DNA from: Pristiophorus japonicus
Taxonomy: Eukaryota
NCBI RefSeq assembly: GCF_044704955.1
Contig: NC_091980.1
Coordinates: forward strand, 132,928,001 to 132,992,000
Direction of reading: 5' to 3'
Length of the DNA stretch: 64,000 bases
The translations under genes and the position numbers were made by a program. The notes beneath the pieces are model-generated. The model was not told the origin of the DNA, made no database searches, and worked only from the letters and a program-made list of their open reading frames with translations. Positions 25,720-40,835 of the stretch are shown here, piece by piece; position 1 is the first letter of the stretch, and each line of letters opens with the position of its first letter.

Positions 25720-28270
25720 CATGCTTGAATATAAATACTCATCTTGGCCTATATCAATTTAATAGGCTACAATTTGGTGTTTTTTCCACCCCTGCCATAT
25801 TCTCAGGGATGATGAACCAGATTTTGCAAGGTATTGGAGGGGTTTTTACAATACATACTAATTTCATCACCAAACAGGCAAATTCATAACATATTGAATT
25901 AAGTCCTCAAATGGCTAGAGAAGCACTGAGTAGAAGTGACTGCTTGCATGTGTGAGTTATTTCAAAACTCAGTGGAGTACTTAGGGTGGAGTAGACAAAG
26001 ATGGTTTACATCCAACCAAGGGATGCAATCAGAAATGCACCCACTCCCCAAGAATGTCACTGAACTTCGATCATTTTTGGGTCTTTTGAATGATTATGGG
26101 AAGTTCCTATCAAATTTGGCTACAGTGTTACATCCAGTGAATGATCTAGTGAAAAAACAGGTCCATTGGAAGTTGTCAGAAGAATGCGACACAGCATTCA
26201 AGGAGTGTAAAAGACAATTGGTAGACAGCACCGTGTTAGTTCACTTTAACGTATCTAAGGAGATCAAGCTAGCATGTGACGCTTCTCCATATGGAGTTGA
26301 GGCAGTGATCTCTGATGTACTACATCATGGTTCAAGCTACGGTGTCCCTGGAGATGGAGCACGCATTGTCTGCCGGTACGCTCACGGTCTTCCATGAGAG
26401 ATAGGGACCGGAGGCAACAAAATTTTAAACTGATTTGTTTAACGGCCAAAGTTTCATTTGTTTATTTGTCGGTTCTAGTGCCCCCTTTTAAGGGGGACGG
26501 TCACATGATTTATGGTTTCACTTAAAATAGTTATACGACATAGTGTGGAGGAGGGACCAATTGCTTTTGCTTCATGCATTCTCAGTGCCAGTGACCGTAA
26601 TTATGCGCAAATCGAAAGGGAAGGTTTGGCATTACTTTTTGGGGTCAAGAAGTTCCACAAATACTTGTACGGTTGTAAGTTTACCATCGTTACAGACCAT
26701 ATGTCTCTGACAGCAATCCTCTATCCAAAGTCCCCAGTTCCAACATTAGCTCCAGCCCAAATGCTGAGTTGGGTTTTGATTTTGTCCACATATACATATG
26801 ATATTGAATACAGATGATCAGCTGATCACAGTAATCTTGATGCTATATCTAGATTGCCTTCCCCATCACAAGTTACGCCCGATAGGGACAAATCATTCGA
26901 TTTTTCAGACAACTATTTTAGTTGAAGACAATAATCAAGTGCCCCCTGATTAAAGCGGGGGGCATACTCCAAAATGTCCCCCCCCCCGCCCCAAGGGCAC
27001 CAAAACACAAATAATTGCCCCCTGGCGAAAAGGGTGGCGGGGGCACTAAAACTGAGAAACATAGACAAATTTAACTTTAAGCAATAATATTCAAATTAAA
27101 ATTTGGTTGCCAGGGTGATGATGCACTCGAGTCCCTCTGGCGCCCACCTCTCATGGAAGGCCGCGAGCGTACCGATGGACATTGCATGCTCCATCTCCAG
27201 GGACACCCTGGCTTGGATGTAACCGCAGAAGAGGCAGGCAGTCTGGCTGAACGATCCCCTGACTGGACCAGCTGATGGTCTCCTTGGCCATTCCCAGGAG
27301 CAGTCCGACGAGGAGGCCTTCCGACCTGCCCACTTCCCTCCGCACAGGGTGTCCAAAGTTCAGGAGTGTGGGACTGAAGTGCAACCAGAATTTGAGGAGC
27401 AGCCCTTTCAAATAATGGAACTCGATTTTTCAAACATTGATGAATGCCAGTCACAGTTGGAGAGATTGTTAGAGCAACCAAACATGACCCAGTTATGTCA
27501 AAGGTGTATGATTACATCGCAAATGGCTGGCCAAACCAGGTAACTGACAATGTTATTCATCTATTCTTCATAGGAATGAATTATCAGTCAATAAAGATTG
27601 TTTCGATAAAAGATTAACTAAATTCAGGTCCAAATTATTAGATCTTCATGACCAGCACGTGGTAATGCGCTTGACAATGTTTTGCACGTAGTTACTTATG
27701 GTGGTCAGCTCTAGATAAAGATATTGAGTGCATCGTCAATCAGTGTACAACTTGTCAATCAACAAGCAAGAAACCACCATCAGTACCATTATAGCCATGG
27801 CAATGACCTGCCAGGGTATGGCAAAGGTTTCATATCAAAGTTGCTGAGCTAGAAAGATACCAATCGTGCATTGCGATTGTTAGCCATTCAAAGTGGGTCA
27901 AGGTGTTGCCAATGCAGAAAATAGACATTTTGCAAAGATTATTTTCTTCATTTGGCCTCCCAGAAGAAATTGTGTCTGCTAAGAATTTGCACAATTCACA
28001 AGCAAAAATGGTGAGAACCATATTAAAGTTGCACCATACCACACTGCATCAAATGGTACAGCCGAGCGCAGTACAAATTGCAAAATATGCCCTCATCAAA
28101 CCAATGTCGGGTCCAAATCCAAAGAAATTACAGTTGTCATTGGACCACAAATTCATTAATTTTCTAATTACATAAAATACTCCTCATACAACACTAGCAG
28201 AGTTGTTTCTCAAACGACAGCCACAAACCAGATTCACATTGTTCAAACAAAACTTCACACAACTCTGATT
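25720..28270 (+). mobile_element. Old Gypsy pol remnants (RT, RNase H, integrase) interrupted by Tx1-like fragments
   Basis: GLYQFNRLQFG, ELRSFLGLL, LACDASPYG, YAQIEREG and FGLPEEIVS motifs with many disruptions. Confidence 0.8.
26935..27350 (-). mobile_element. Tx1-like LINE ORF2 3' end; a shorter plus-strand piece lies at about 26335-26500
   Basis: LLVGLLLGMAK...QPDCLPL and ARVSLEMEHA...FHERWAP resemble Tx1-clade ORF2 C-termini, followed by a GC-rich stem tail. Confidence 0.55.
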
Positions 28271-28825
28271 TACTGAGAAATGGTCCGAGTATAAACATGT
28301 TACAGCAACTGGGATTTTGCTGTATTGAGTAGTCATTTATGTAAGGGCAGAGCAAATGCACTAGTGGGAACAGGTTTTTTTTTTTTTTTAATTCCACTGT
28401 CTAGGTCCCAAGCTCTACTGTTCCCTCTCTAAATCCTATCTGACCATGCTTTGTCCCTCAGTCAATATCTTATGTGGCTGTTCATACCATTAACATTTTA
28501 GACCTTGCAACAGATGTCTAAATATGCGACTTACATGACCTTTACACCAGATGAAAAACAAATTGCATGGGGTTGAATCCCATCACACTATTGCACAACT
28601 CAAGTGTAATTCTTGTCTGATGCAAAACAAGTTAATTGTTCATTTTTCATCCACTCAAAAACATACAAGGAGACAAAACCCAGTCCAATGTTGAACAGTT
28701 TATTTACATTTCACATCAAGCACCCAGGTCTCACAGCTCTTTGTACAAAGTCAGAAGCTATCATTCCCTAAATGATGTTTTTAATTATACAAATACTGTA
28801 CACAATTGCTTGATCTCAGGTCAAT

Positions 28826-30630
<1,805 letters not shown>

Positions 30631-31084
30631 CTTGATGAATTTTTTTAAAAAGAAATCGTAACTTTGATGAAACACAAAACTAAGCTTCAGATAAACTCAA
30701 ACTCCTGTATTTATACTGAAGGATAATCCAAGCGAGGCAGCCTCGATAATGAGTGACATTCCTCATTACCCAATCAGAAGTTGCAGCCTGTCAGAGAACC
30801 AATCAAATAAAGGGAGGAGGGGGATGGACTCCCAGAGCCAATCAAATCTTTGAAGAATGAGCATCATTGGCTGACAACTCAATGAGGATCCCAATTATGC
30901 TAACTTTACTCAAACACCAAATATCCAGAATCAAAGATTTAATTGAATCCTCTACTCTTTAGGCTAATCAATTCATAGAATCATAGAATGGTTACAGCAG
31001 AGAAGAGGCCCATGCCGACTCGCAGCTGGGCCTACTGCCCTAATTGGGATGATTAAATCAGCTATCGGAAACATTTAAACCATA

Positions 31085-31375
31085 AGTGCCCCCTTTATAA
31101 AGGGGGAATAAACAATAAGTTCCAAATTTATGACAAAACTAACATAAAAACCTTAAAAATTTTAATTTTGTTCCCTTTATCCACACTGCACTCCAGTCCC
31201 TCTGGTGACCACCGGTCACAGAAAGCCTCCAGCATACCAGTAGACACAGCATGCTCCCTCTCCAGGGACACCCGGGCACGGACATAGCCGCAGAAGAGAG
31301 GCAGGCAGACAGAGAAAACACCTCATCGACCATGCTCTGCCTGGACCAGTTAATGGCCACCTTGACATCCTCTAT
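31085..31375 (-). mobile_element. Tx1-like LINE 3' remnant upstream of the ferritin C promoter
   Basis: KVAINWSRQ...CL segment and the same tail motif as 26935-27350. Confidence 0.55.
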
Positions 31376-31693
31376 TGTTTGCAAGTCAGCGTCTTTTCAA
31401 TAATTCTGGATGGTTCTGAGCGTTGGTCATTTGCAGGTATCTGCGGGTTTGATGCAACATCCAAACAGATCAGTGAGTGTGCTAAGCAACCGACAGTGGG
31501 TCCTTTGAATGGAAAGTGCTTGTGATGAATGTGTCAAACACAAGTGCTCAGATACTCCATCACTTCCAAGTTTAGTGAGCACCTGTGCACACAGGAGCTT
31601 GAATGTGGAGGGGACCGTGGGATGTTCAGATCTTGTTTTGTTACCATGAAATTGCAGTAACAATGAGACAGACTGTAGTCCAAAAAGAAAGCC

Positions 31694-32135
31694 TTGCATT
31701 TATATAGCGCCATTCATGATCTCAGGATGTCCCAAAGTGCTTTGCAGCCAATGAAGTACTTTTTGAAGCACAGTCACTGTTGGAGGAAATGCAGAGCCAA
31801 TTTGCACACAGCAAGGTCCCACAAATAGCAATGTGATCATGAACACATAATCTGTTTTCAGTGATGGTGTTTGAGGAATAAATATTGGGCAGAATAACTC
31901 CCCTGCTCTTCTTCGATATAGTGTCGTGAGACCATGGGATCTTTTCTGTCCACCTGAGAGGGCAGACGAAGCCTCGGTTCAACATTTCATCCAAAAGATG
32001 GCATCTCCATCGGTGCAACATGCCCTCATTTCTGCACTGTAGTATCAGCCGAGATTTTGTGCTCAATTCTCTGAAGTGGGGACTCAAACCCATAATTTTC
32101 TGTCTGTGAGATGAGAGTGCTACTCACTGAGTCCA
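31694..32135 (-). mobile_element. tRNA-derived SINE, DeuSINE/SacSINE1-like
   Basis: On the minus strand: A-box-like ACTCAGTGAG and B-box-like GGTTTGAGTCCC head, central Deu-like domain (tgggaccttgctgtgtgcaaattggc), and L2-type tail gcgctatataaatgcaag. Another fragment lies at about 41425-41600 (+). Confidence 0.75.
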
Positions 32136-33539
32136 TCTGACTGATCCCTGATACTAAAAGTTCTCAGTCACCCAGACGCCGATATCTATCTCAATCATGT
32201 GTAAAATCTCCACGCTATCCGCTTCCGGGATCCCCAGACGCATCTACTGTGTTGCTGGCTTGTGGCCTAGAACTATTAAGTTTATATTCCCACTGTTGAT
32301 TTCTCCACCCTAGTCTCATTCTCTTGTATTTCCCACATTAAATGCCATTTTCCACCAGCAGCACACCTATCCAGGTCCCTTTATATTAGGTTTGTCTCAC
32401 CCCTATTATTAGATTCATGCAAACTTGAAATGATGGTTAACTGAGTGTGTTTTCGTTAATGTCTTAAATATCTGAGGAGGCACCTATTTGTACCAGTACA
32501 TTCCATGTATTTTACATGTGCTGTGGTAATCTGGTCTATCCGCAGAGGGTAAAGGGCAGGACGTTTGTGTCAAGCTGAAGGGATTGGAAGGATTGCGCGA
32601 AGAGAGAGAGAAACAATGTGTGCAGTGTTGGTTGTCTAGACATTGTCCCACTGGTGTGAAGAGAATATCAGTTTTTTCCTGTGTTTGCGAATGATTAATC
32701 TCTCTTGATGTTTGACTGTCCACGGGAAAAGCACAAATGGAAAGAGGCAACGAGAGTGGTGAATGTTTTCTGTTAGAACACGATGTCCAGTAAATATTTC
32801 TGAGCTGAGAGTTACTAATGTTTCCACAAATCTGGTCAGGGAAGGATGGTGCTGGGGCTCCATGGATATCTTCCGTTCCTCATCGGATCAGAACACTGTG
32901 GGATCAACAGGAAACAACAGGCTCAGAAAGCACATCAAAGGTGGAACACTATTGAAGGAAGAAGTAAGGAAAAGATGGACTGACACGCCCGTGTTCATGT
33001 GTTGTAGGCAAGTTGAGAATAACCTCTGAATTTCAGTATGGACAAAACTCAGGTGAAGCTCAAAACACTGTGAGCAAGTCTCCAATTGTTTATCCGATAG
33101 ATACTTGTCTCTATTATCCAACTCTTCATTAGACCAATAAGTGACAGCTTTGGAAGTTGAGATCTAGTGCAATATTGTTCTAGGCCAATGAAGAGAGTAT
33201 TCAGGAGGTCATGGGGCTCAGAGCAACAACATTCTAGTGAGAGACGAGAAATCAGCAAGTGAGACCGATGGGATTTCCAAGATTGCAACTGAAATTGGAA
33301 GCATTTTGAAGCCTGAAGGCTGGAACACGTGTTAGAGCTGAGCGCAGAGAGAGGCTGGGAAATATAAAACAAGATTGATACAAACAGCAGCAACTTGGGC
33401 CAAGTGCTGCACAGCAAGGGGAAGACAGGCTGAAGAGATGGAGAAAGCAGCCAGGTAACGATAGGAGGAACTACTGCTGATCAAATCTCACCTTGACAAT
33501 TTGGATTCAGTTTAAAATTTAAAACCAACTGATCAGCGA

Positions 33540-34190
33540 GGTCAATGCTTCGATGCAGGGGATGTTGGCCTGAGTGAGAACACTGACGTTGATGCGCCTA
33601 TCCTGCCAATGGATTTGCAGGATCTTGTGGAGTCAATGTTGGTGGTACTTCTCCAGTGTTTTGAGGTGCCTGCTATACATAGTCCATGTCTCTGAGCCAT
33701 ATAGGAGCCGGGTATCACCACTGCTCTGTAGACCATGAGCTTGGTGTCAGGTTTGAGGTCCTGGTCTTCAAACACCCTCTTCCTCAGGTGACCGAAGGCT
33801 GCACTGAAGGTAGTGTTGGACCTCGTTGTCGATGTCTGCCCTTGTTGACAGTAAGCTCCCAATGTATGGAAAATGGTCCACATTGTCCAAGGCCTCGTCA
33901 TGGATTTTAATAACCGGGGGGCAGTGCTGTGTGGCGGGGCCAGGTTGGTAGAGGACCTTTGTCTTACGGATGTTTAGTTTAAGGCCCATGCTCTCGTATG
34001 CCTCGATGAAGGTGTTGATGATGGCTTGGAGTTTAGCCTCCGAGTGTGCACAGATGTAAGCATCGTCTGTGTACTGTAATTCAGTGACGGAGGATGGGAC
34101 GACCTTGGATCTGGTCTGGAGGCGGCGGAGGTTGAACAGATTCCTGTTTGTCCTGTAATGTAGCTCCACTCCAGCGGTTTGTGGCAGGGA
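33540..34190 (-). mobile_element. RTE-clade LINE RT fragment
   Basis: YRTNRNLFNLRRL...ELQYTDD...GLKLNIRKTKV...FPYIGSLLS and TKLMVYRAVV are typical RTE/BovB-type motifs. Confidence 0.85.
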
Positions 34191-34319
34191 AGTTTTTTTT
34201 TTAAGTGCCTGATTTGTGTTGGTAACACTTTAGTTAAGTCAATTGAACAACATTTTTAGGGCAGTTCTAATCCTGAGCTGACCGCACTCTAGAAATGTTA
34301 CAGAATAGCGCAAGACATT

Positions 34320-37300
34320 TGTTATATATGTAAACTTGTATATACTCTGCACAGCCACCAGACAGCACATCCTCTGGAGTCCCAAGGGATCCCATAATCC
34401 CTTGGGTGCACAGGTTTTTAAGGAGGCCTCACAGATTGGAGAGGCACTCTGGAGACCTGCAATAAAAGACTCAGGTCACACTTTACTTTGAACTCACAGT
34501 GTTCAGTCTGATTCTTTCTCCATACAAAACAACTGGCGACAAGCTACAGATAGCAAATCCAAGGAGGCAGTGAACAGGGGACATCCTGGAGATATTTTCG
34601 GAGGGAGCTGATTGGGAAATCTTTGTGGAGTGACTCGACCAATACTTCGTAGCCAAAGAGCTGGATAGAGAAGAGAACGCTGCCAAACGAAAGCCGATTC
34701 TCCTCACCGTCTGTGGGGCACCAACGTATGGCCTTATGAAAAACCTGCTTACTCTAGCGAAACCCACGGAGAAATCATACGATGATTTGTGCACACTGGT
34801 CCGGGAGCATTTGGATCCAAAGGAAAGCGTTCTGATGGCGAGGTACCGGTTTGACACCTCCAAAAGATCTGAAGACCAGAAAGTGGCGTGTTATATCGCC
34901 GAGCTAAGACGCCTTGCACGACATTGTGAATTTGAAGGACATTTGGAGCACATGCTCAGAGACTTTGGCCACGAAACCATACTTCACAAACCTTTGACTA
35001 TAGAGACCTCAACCTTGAGTAAGGCCAGAGCGATAGCCCAGGCGTTCATTGCCACCATTGACAATACTAATCAAATTTCTCAGCACACAAGTGCTGCTAC
35101 AAGTACTGTGAACAAAGTGATGTTGTTTTCAAATCACAACGTACAGGGCAGATCACACATGCCTGCAGCTGCACGTCCGCAGATGTCTCAGAGTCCACCA
35201 CCAAGGGTGATGAATGCAAGGCCATTGACAACTTAATGGCGTTGCGGGGGTGATCATCGTTTCCATTCATGCCGCTTCAAACGGTACGTTTGCAAGAGCA
35301 GTGTAACAATGGGACACCTCCAACATATGTGCAGGTGAGCTGCAAATCCTGTTAATCCTGCAAACCACCATGTTGCAGAGGAGGACAGATCCACGGTGGA
35401 TCACGACGAACCAGAGCTTCAGACCGAGGAGGCAGAGGTACATGGGGTGCACACATTCACCACTACATGTCCCCTGATAATGCGGAATGTTGAACTAAAT
35501 GGATTCCCGGTGTCAGTGGAGCTGGACACGGGCATGAGCCAGTCCATCATGGGCAAAAAGACTTTCAAAAAATTGTGGTGCAGCAAAGCCTCAAGGTCAG
35601 TCTTAAGTCCCATTCACACGAAACTAAAAGTTACAAAAAGGAACTGATTCCTGTAATTGGCAGTGCTGCCATAAAGGTCTCCTATGATGGAACGGTGCAC
35701 AAGCTACCACTCTGAGTGGTACCAGGTGATGGTCACATGCTGCTCGGCAGGAGCTGGCTGGGAAAGATACGCTGGAACTGGGACGCCATCCGAGCGCTAT
35801 CGCCCGCTGATGACACTTCGTGTGCCCAGGTCTTAAACACGTTCCCTTCGCTCTTCGAACCAGACATCGGCAAATTCCAAGAAGCAAAAGTGCAGATCCA
35901 CCTAATTCCGGGGCACGACCCATCCATTACAAGGCGAGAGCAGTACCATATATGATGAGAGAAAGAGTAGAGATCGAGCTAGACCGGTTGCAAAGAGAGG
36001 GCATCATTTCACCGATCGACTTCAACGAGTGGGCCGGTCCTATTGTCCCAGTTATCAAGGGAGACAGCTCCGTTAGAATCTGTGGCAATTACAAAGCAAC
36101 TATCAATCGTGTATCCCTGCAGGACCGATAACCACTACCAAAGGTCAATGACCTCTTTGCAACGCTGGCGGGAGGAAAGACGTTCACGAAGCTGGATTTG
36201 AGTTCCGCCTACATAACGCAGGAACTGGAGAAATCATCGAAGGGCCTCACCTGCATCAACACGCACAAAGGTCTTTTCATGTATAACAGATGCCCGTGTG
36301 GAATTCAATGAGCGGCGGCGATATTCCAGAGAAACATGGAAAGCTTACGCAAGTCGGACCCACGCACTGTGGTCTTCCAGGACAATATTTTGGTTACAGG
36401 TCGGGACACAGGCGAGCATCTGCAGAACCTGGAGGAGGTTCTTAGTCGACTCAACAGCGTGGGACTCAGGTTAAAATGCTCGAAGTGCGCTTTCCTGGCC
36501 CCTGAAGTGGAGTTCCTGGGGAGGAGGATCACGGTAGGCATCAGGCCCACCGATTCGAAGATGGAGGCAATCGAGAATGCACCGTGGCCACGGAACGTGA
36601 TAAAGCTGCGGTCGTTTCTAGGACTCCTGAACTATTTTGGTAACTTCTTACCAGGTCTCAGCACACTGTTAGAACCACTGCATGTCTTACTGCATAAAGG
36701 GGACGAATGGGCATGGGGCAAAAATCAAGAAAATTCCTTTGTAAAAGCGAGAAAATTGTTATGCTCAAACAAATTGCTTGTGTTGTATGATCCATGTAAG
36801 CATTTGGTACTAGCATGTGATACGTCGTCATATGGTGTTGGGTGTGTATTGCAACAAGCTAATGATTTTGGGAAATTGCAAACGGTTGCTTATGCATCTA
36901 GGAGTCTGTCTAAGGCTGAGAGAGCCTATAGCATGATGTTAGCGTGTGTCTATGGGTTAAAGAAATGCATCAATATCTGTTTGGGCTTAAACTCGAATTG
37001 GAAACTGACCATAAGCCACTTATATCCCTGTTTTCCGAGAGTAAGGGGATAAATACTAATGCATCGGCCCGCATCTAGGGGTGTTGGCGCTCACTTTATC
37101 CGCATACAATTTTGCCATCCACCACAGGCCAGACACAGAAAACTGCACTGATGCTCTCAGTAGGCTGCCATTGCCCACCATGGGGTGGAAATGGCGCAGC
37201 CTGCAGATTTAGTCATGGTTATGGAAGCATTTGAGAGTGAGCAATCATCCGCCACTGCCCGGCAGATCAAAACCTGGACGAGCCAGGACCACTTATTGGC

Positions 37301-39958
37301 CCCAAGTTTCCACACGCTACAAAACAGGCGCCCCTCCGAGCTGGGCGCCCGGTTTTTGCGCCGAAAATCGCGCCTGAAAAAAAACGCGCGAATCTGAAGC
37401 GCCCTGCAGCTCCATGGCAGCTTGGCACGGCGCCCAGGGGGCGGAGCCTACCTCTCGTGCCGATTTTTTAAGTGGGAGGGGGCGGGTACCATTTTAATTA
37501 GTTTTTTTCGTGACGGCAACGCTGCGCGTGCGCGTTGGAGCGTTCGTGCACGCACAGTGTGAAGGAAACATTGGCACTCGGCCATTTTTGTCGTTCTTTG
37601 TAGCTGTTTAATTTTTGAACATTTTTTAATAAAACCAATTGCCCTTCCATGATCAGCACTGAGGCTTCTTACAGCAGTGAGAAGGTGCAGGAAGCCTCAG
37701 AAGTTGAGGCAGCCATTTCCCGACGGCTTCCCCCCACTGCCGTCGGGAATGGCTGCCTCAACTTCTGAGGCTTCCTGCACCTTCTCACTGCCTCCTCCCC
37801 CCCCCTGCTGTCGGGAACGGCTGCCTCCTCCTCCCTGCCTCCCCCCCCCCGCTGCCGTCGGTCGGTTGGTCGAGCCCTCCCTCCCTCCCGTTCGCGGGAA
37901 CGACGCCACACCGCTGAGCTGACTGAACCTGCCTGAAGCACTTTCACACAGGAAGGAAGATGGTTTATTTAATCTTTTCTTTGCTGATAAATGTTTATTC
38001 AGGTTGGATTTATTTGTATAATATTTGTATAAGTATATATAAGGATTTATTGTAGAATTTAATGACTTCCCTTCCCCCCCCTCCCAGCTCATTCCAGACG
38101 CCTAATTTGTAACCTGCGCCTGATTTTTTAATGTGTAGACAAGGTTTTTTCAGTTCTACAAAAATCTTCAATTGCTCCCTTCTAAGTTAGTTTGGAGTAC
38201 GTTTTCACTGTGGAAACTTGGAAATCAGGAGTCAGTGGCCAGACATGCCCCCTTTTGAAGAAAAAATTCTGTTCCAAAGTGAAACTGTTCTAACTGACTA
38301 GAACTGCAGAAAACAAAATGTGGAGAATTGCGATTTCTAAGATAGTCCGTTCTCCACCAGTTGCTCCTAAAAATCAGGAGCAAATCATATGGAAACTTGG
38401 GGCCATTGTCCCTAGTCAAAAACTGTGTGCTTCACGGGAGCTGGTCCAGTGTCCAAGTGGAAATGCAGAAAGAGATAAAGCCGTTCCACCGGCGCAAAGA
38501 TGAAATGTCTATACAGGCAGACTGCCATCTGTAGGGCAAGCGAGTAGTGTTTCCCGAGAAGGGCAGAGACACCTTCATCAGTGACCTCCACAGCACCCAT
38601 CCAGGCATCGTAATGATGAAAGCGATAGCCAGATCCCACGTATCAATGCTGTCTTAGAGTCCTGCATGCACAGATGTAATACATGCTCGCAGTTAAGCAA
38701 TGCGCCCAGGGAGGCGCCGCTAAGTTTATGGTCTTGGCCCTCCAGCCGTAGTCTAGTGTACATGTCGACTATGCGGGCCCCTTCTTGGGTAAAATGTTCC
38801 TTGTGGTTGTCGATGTGTACTCCAAATGAATTGAATGTGATAAAATGTCGGCTAGCATGCCCGCTGCCACTACTGAAAGCCTGCGGGCCATATTTGCCCC
38901 ACACAGCCTACCCGATGTCCTGGTGAGCGACAATGGGCCATGTTTTGCCAGTGCTGAGTTCAAAGAATTCATGACCTGCAACGGGATCAAATATGTCACA
39001 TCTGCCCCATTTAAACTAACGTTCAATGATCAGGCAGAGAGAGCAGTGCAAATCATCTAGCAGGGCTTGAAGAGGGTCACGGAAGACTCACCGCAAACTT
39101 GCCTATCCCGAATCCTGCTTAGCTCCCGCACGAGACCCCATTCACTCACTGGTATCCCAACTGCTGAACTGCTCATGAAAAGAGCACTTAAGACAAGGCT
39201 CTCGTTAGTTCACCCTGATCTACATGAACAGGTAGAGAGCAGCCGGCTTCAATAAAGTACATACCATGATAGCGCAAATGTGTCACTTGAGATTGAAGTC
39301 AATGATCCTGTGTTTGTATTGAATTATGGACAAGGTCCCAAGTGGCGTCTCGGCACTGTTGTGGCCAAAGAGGGGAGCAGGGTGTTTCGGATCAAACTTT
39401 CAAATGGACTCATTCACCGGAAACATTTGGACCAAATCAAACTCAGATTCATGGGCTATACTGAGCAACCCACTTTGTACCCTACCTTTTTTGACCCCCC
39501 AGCATACACACCAGTGGCAACCGACACCACGGTTGGCCACGAAGCAGAACCCATCATACACAGCAGCCCAGTAGGTCCCACCACACCAGAAAGCCCAGCA
39601 AGGCCAGCTGCACAGCCGCCCAGCGAGGGCCCAACAGTTGATTCAACAATACCAGCTTTCACTCCGAGACGATTAATCATGGCAAGAAGGGCCCCAGATT
39701 GACTCATCTTGTAAATTGTTACACTGTTCACTTTGGGGGGGGAGTGTTGTTATATATGTAAACTTGCATATACACTGTACAGCCACCAGAGGGCTCATCC
39801 CCTGGAGTACCAGGGATCCCATAATCCCTTGACAACACAGGTATTTAAGGAGGCCTCACAGGTTGGAGAGGCACTCTGGAGACCTGCAATGAAAGACCAA
39901 GGTCACACTTTACTTTGAGCTCACAGTATTCAGTCTGACTCTTTCTCCATACATAACA
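34320..39958 (+). mobile_element. Ty3/Gypsy LTR retrotransposon (same family as 6448-10877), decayed, with a MITE inserted in pol
   Basis: LTRs 34320-34531 and 39748-39958, PBS TGGCGACAAG, poly-G PPT, flanks ACATT/ACAGT, and gag-PR-RT-RH-IN fragments. Confidence 0.93.
37298..38404. mobile_element. Complete 1107-bp MITE, perfect 14-bp TIR GGCCCCAAGTTTCC, TSD ATT
   Basis: ATT|GGCCCCAAGTTTCC...GGAAACTTGGGGCC|ATT. The Gypsy pol sequence resumes on both sides. Confidence 0.93.
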
Positions 39959-40164
39959 ACAGTGACCTATTGTGACACCATATTCTAGAATGCTAACACT
40001 CATTGAACCATGGGACATTGGGAGGTTAGACATCCCGAGTGTAAGAGACATGAAGCGGACATACCCGACTTTTTTGGATCTTTTCTCTTTCCTTGTTTTG
40101 GCCTCATTGTCCTATGTGGAAGAATATGAGGCAGAAGCACCTGAGATGACTATGTAGGGGTTAA

Positions 40165-40835
40165 GATAGAAACATAGAAAATAGGTGCAGGAGTAGGCCA
40201 TTCGGCCCGTCGAGCCTGCACCAACATTCAATGAAATCATGGCTGAACATTCACCTCAGTACCCCTTTCCTGCTTTCTCTCTATACACCCTTGATCCCTT
40301 TAGCCATAAGGACCATATCTCTTGAATATATCTAATGAACTGGCATCAACAACTCTCTGAGGTAGAAAATACCCCAGATTCACAACTCTCTGAGTGAAGA
40401 AGTTTCTCCTCATCTTGGTCCTAAATGGCTAACCCCTTATCCTTAGACTGGACCCCTGGTTCTGGACTTCCCCTACATTGGGAACATTCTTCCTACATCT
40501 AACCTGTCCAGTCCCGTCAGAATTATATATGTTTCTATGAGATCCCCTCTCATTCTTCTAAACTCCAGTGAATACAGGCCCAGTCGATCCAGTCTCTCCT
40601 CATATGTCAGTGCTGCCATCCCGGGAATCAGTCTGGTGAACCTTCGCTGCACTCCCTCAATAGCAAGGATGTCCTTACTCAGATTAGGAGAACAAAACTG
40701 AACATAATATTCCAGGTGAGGCTCACCAAGACCCTGTACAACTGCAGTAAGCCCTCCCTGCTCCAAAACTTAAATCCCCTAGCTATGAAGGCCAACATGC
40801 CATTTGCTTTCTTCACCGCCTGCTGTACCTGCATA
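40165..40835 (-). mobile_element. CR1 LINE 3' fragment
   Basis: VQQAVKKANGMLAFI and IEGVQRRFTRL motifs, with a TTTCTATG tail. Confidence 0.9.

Noticed and set aside
32060-32135. Possible tRNA gene (also at about 2840 and 41560)
   Set aside because: These are degenerate tRNA-derived SINE heads attached to SINE bodies, with no intact cloverleaf evident.
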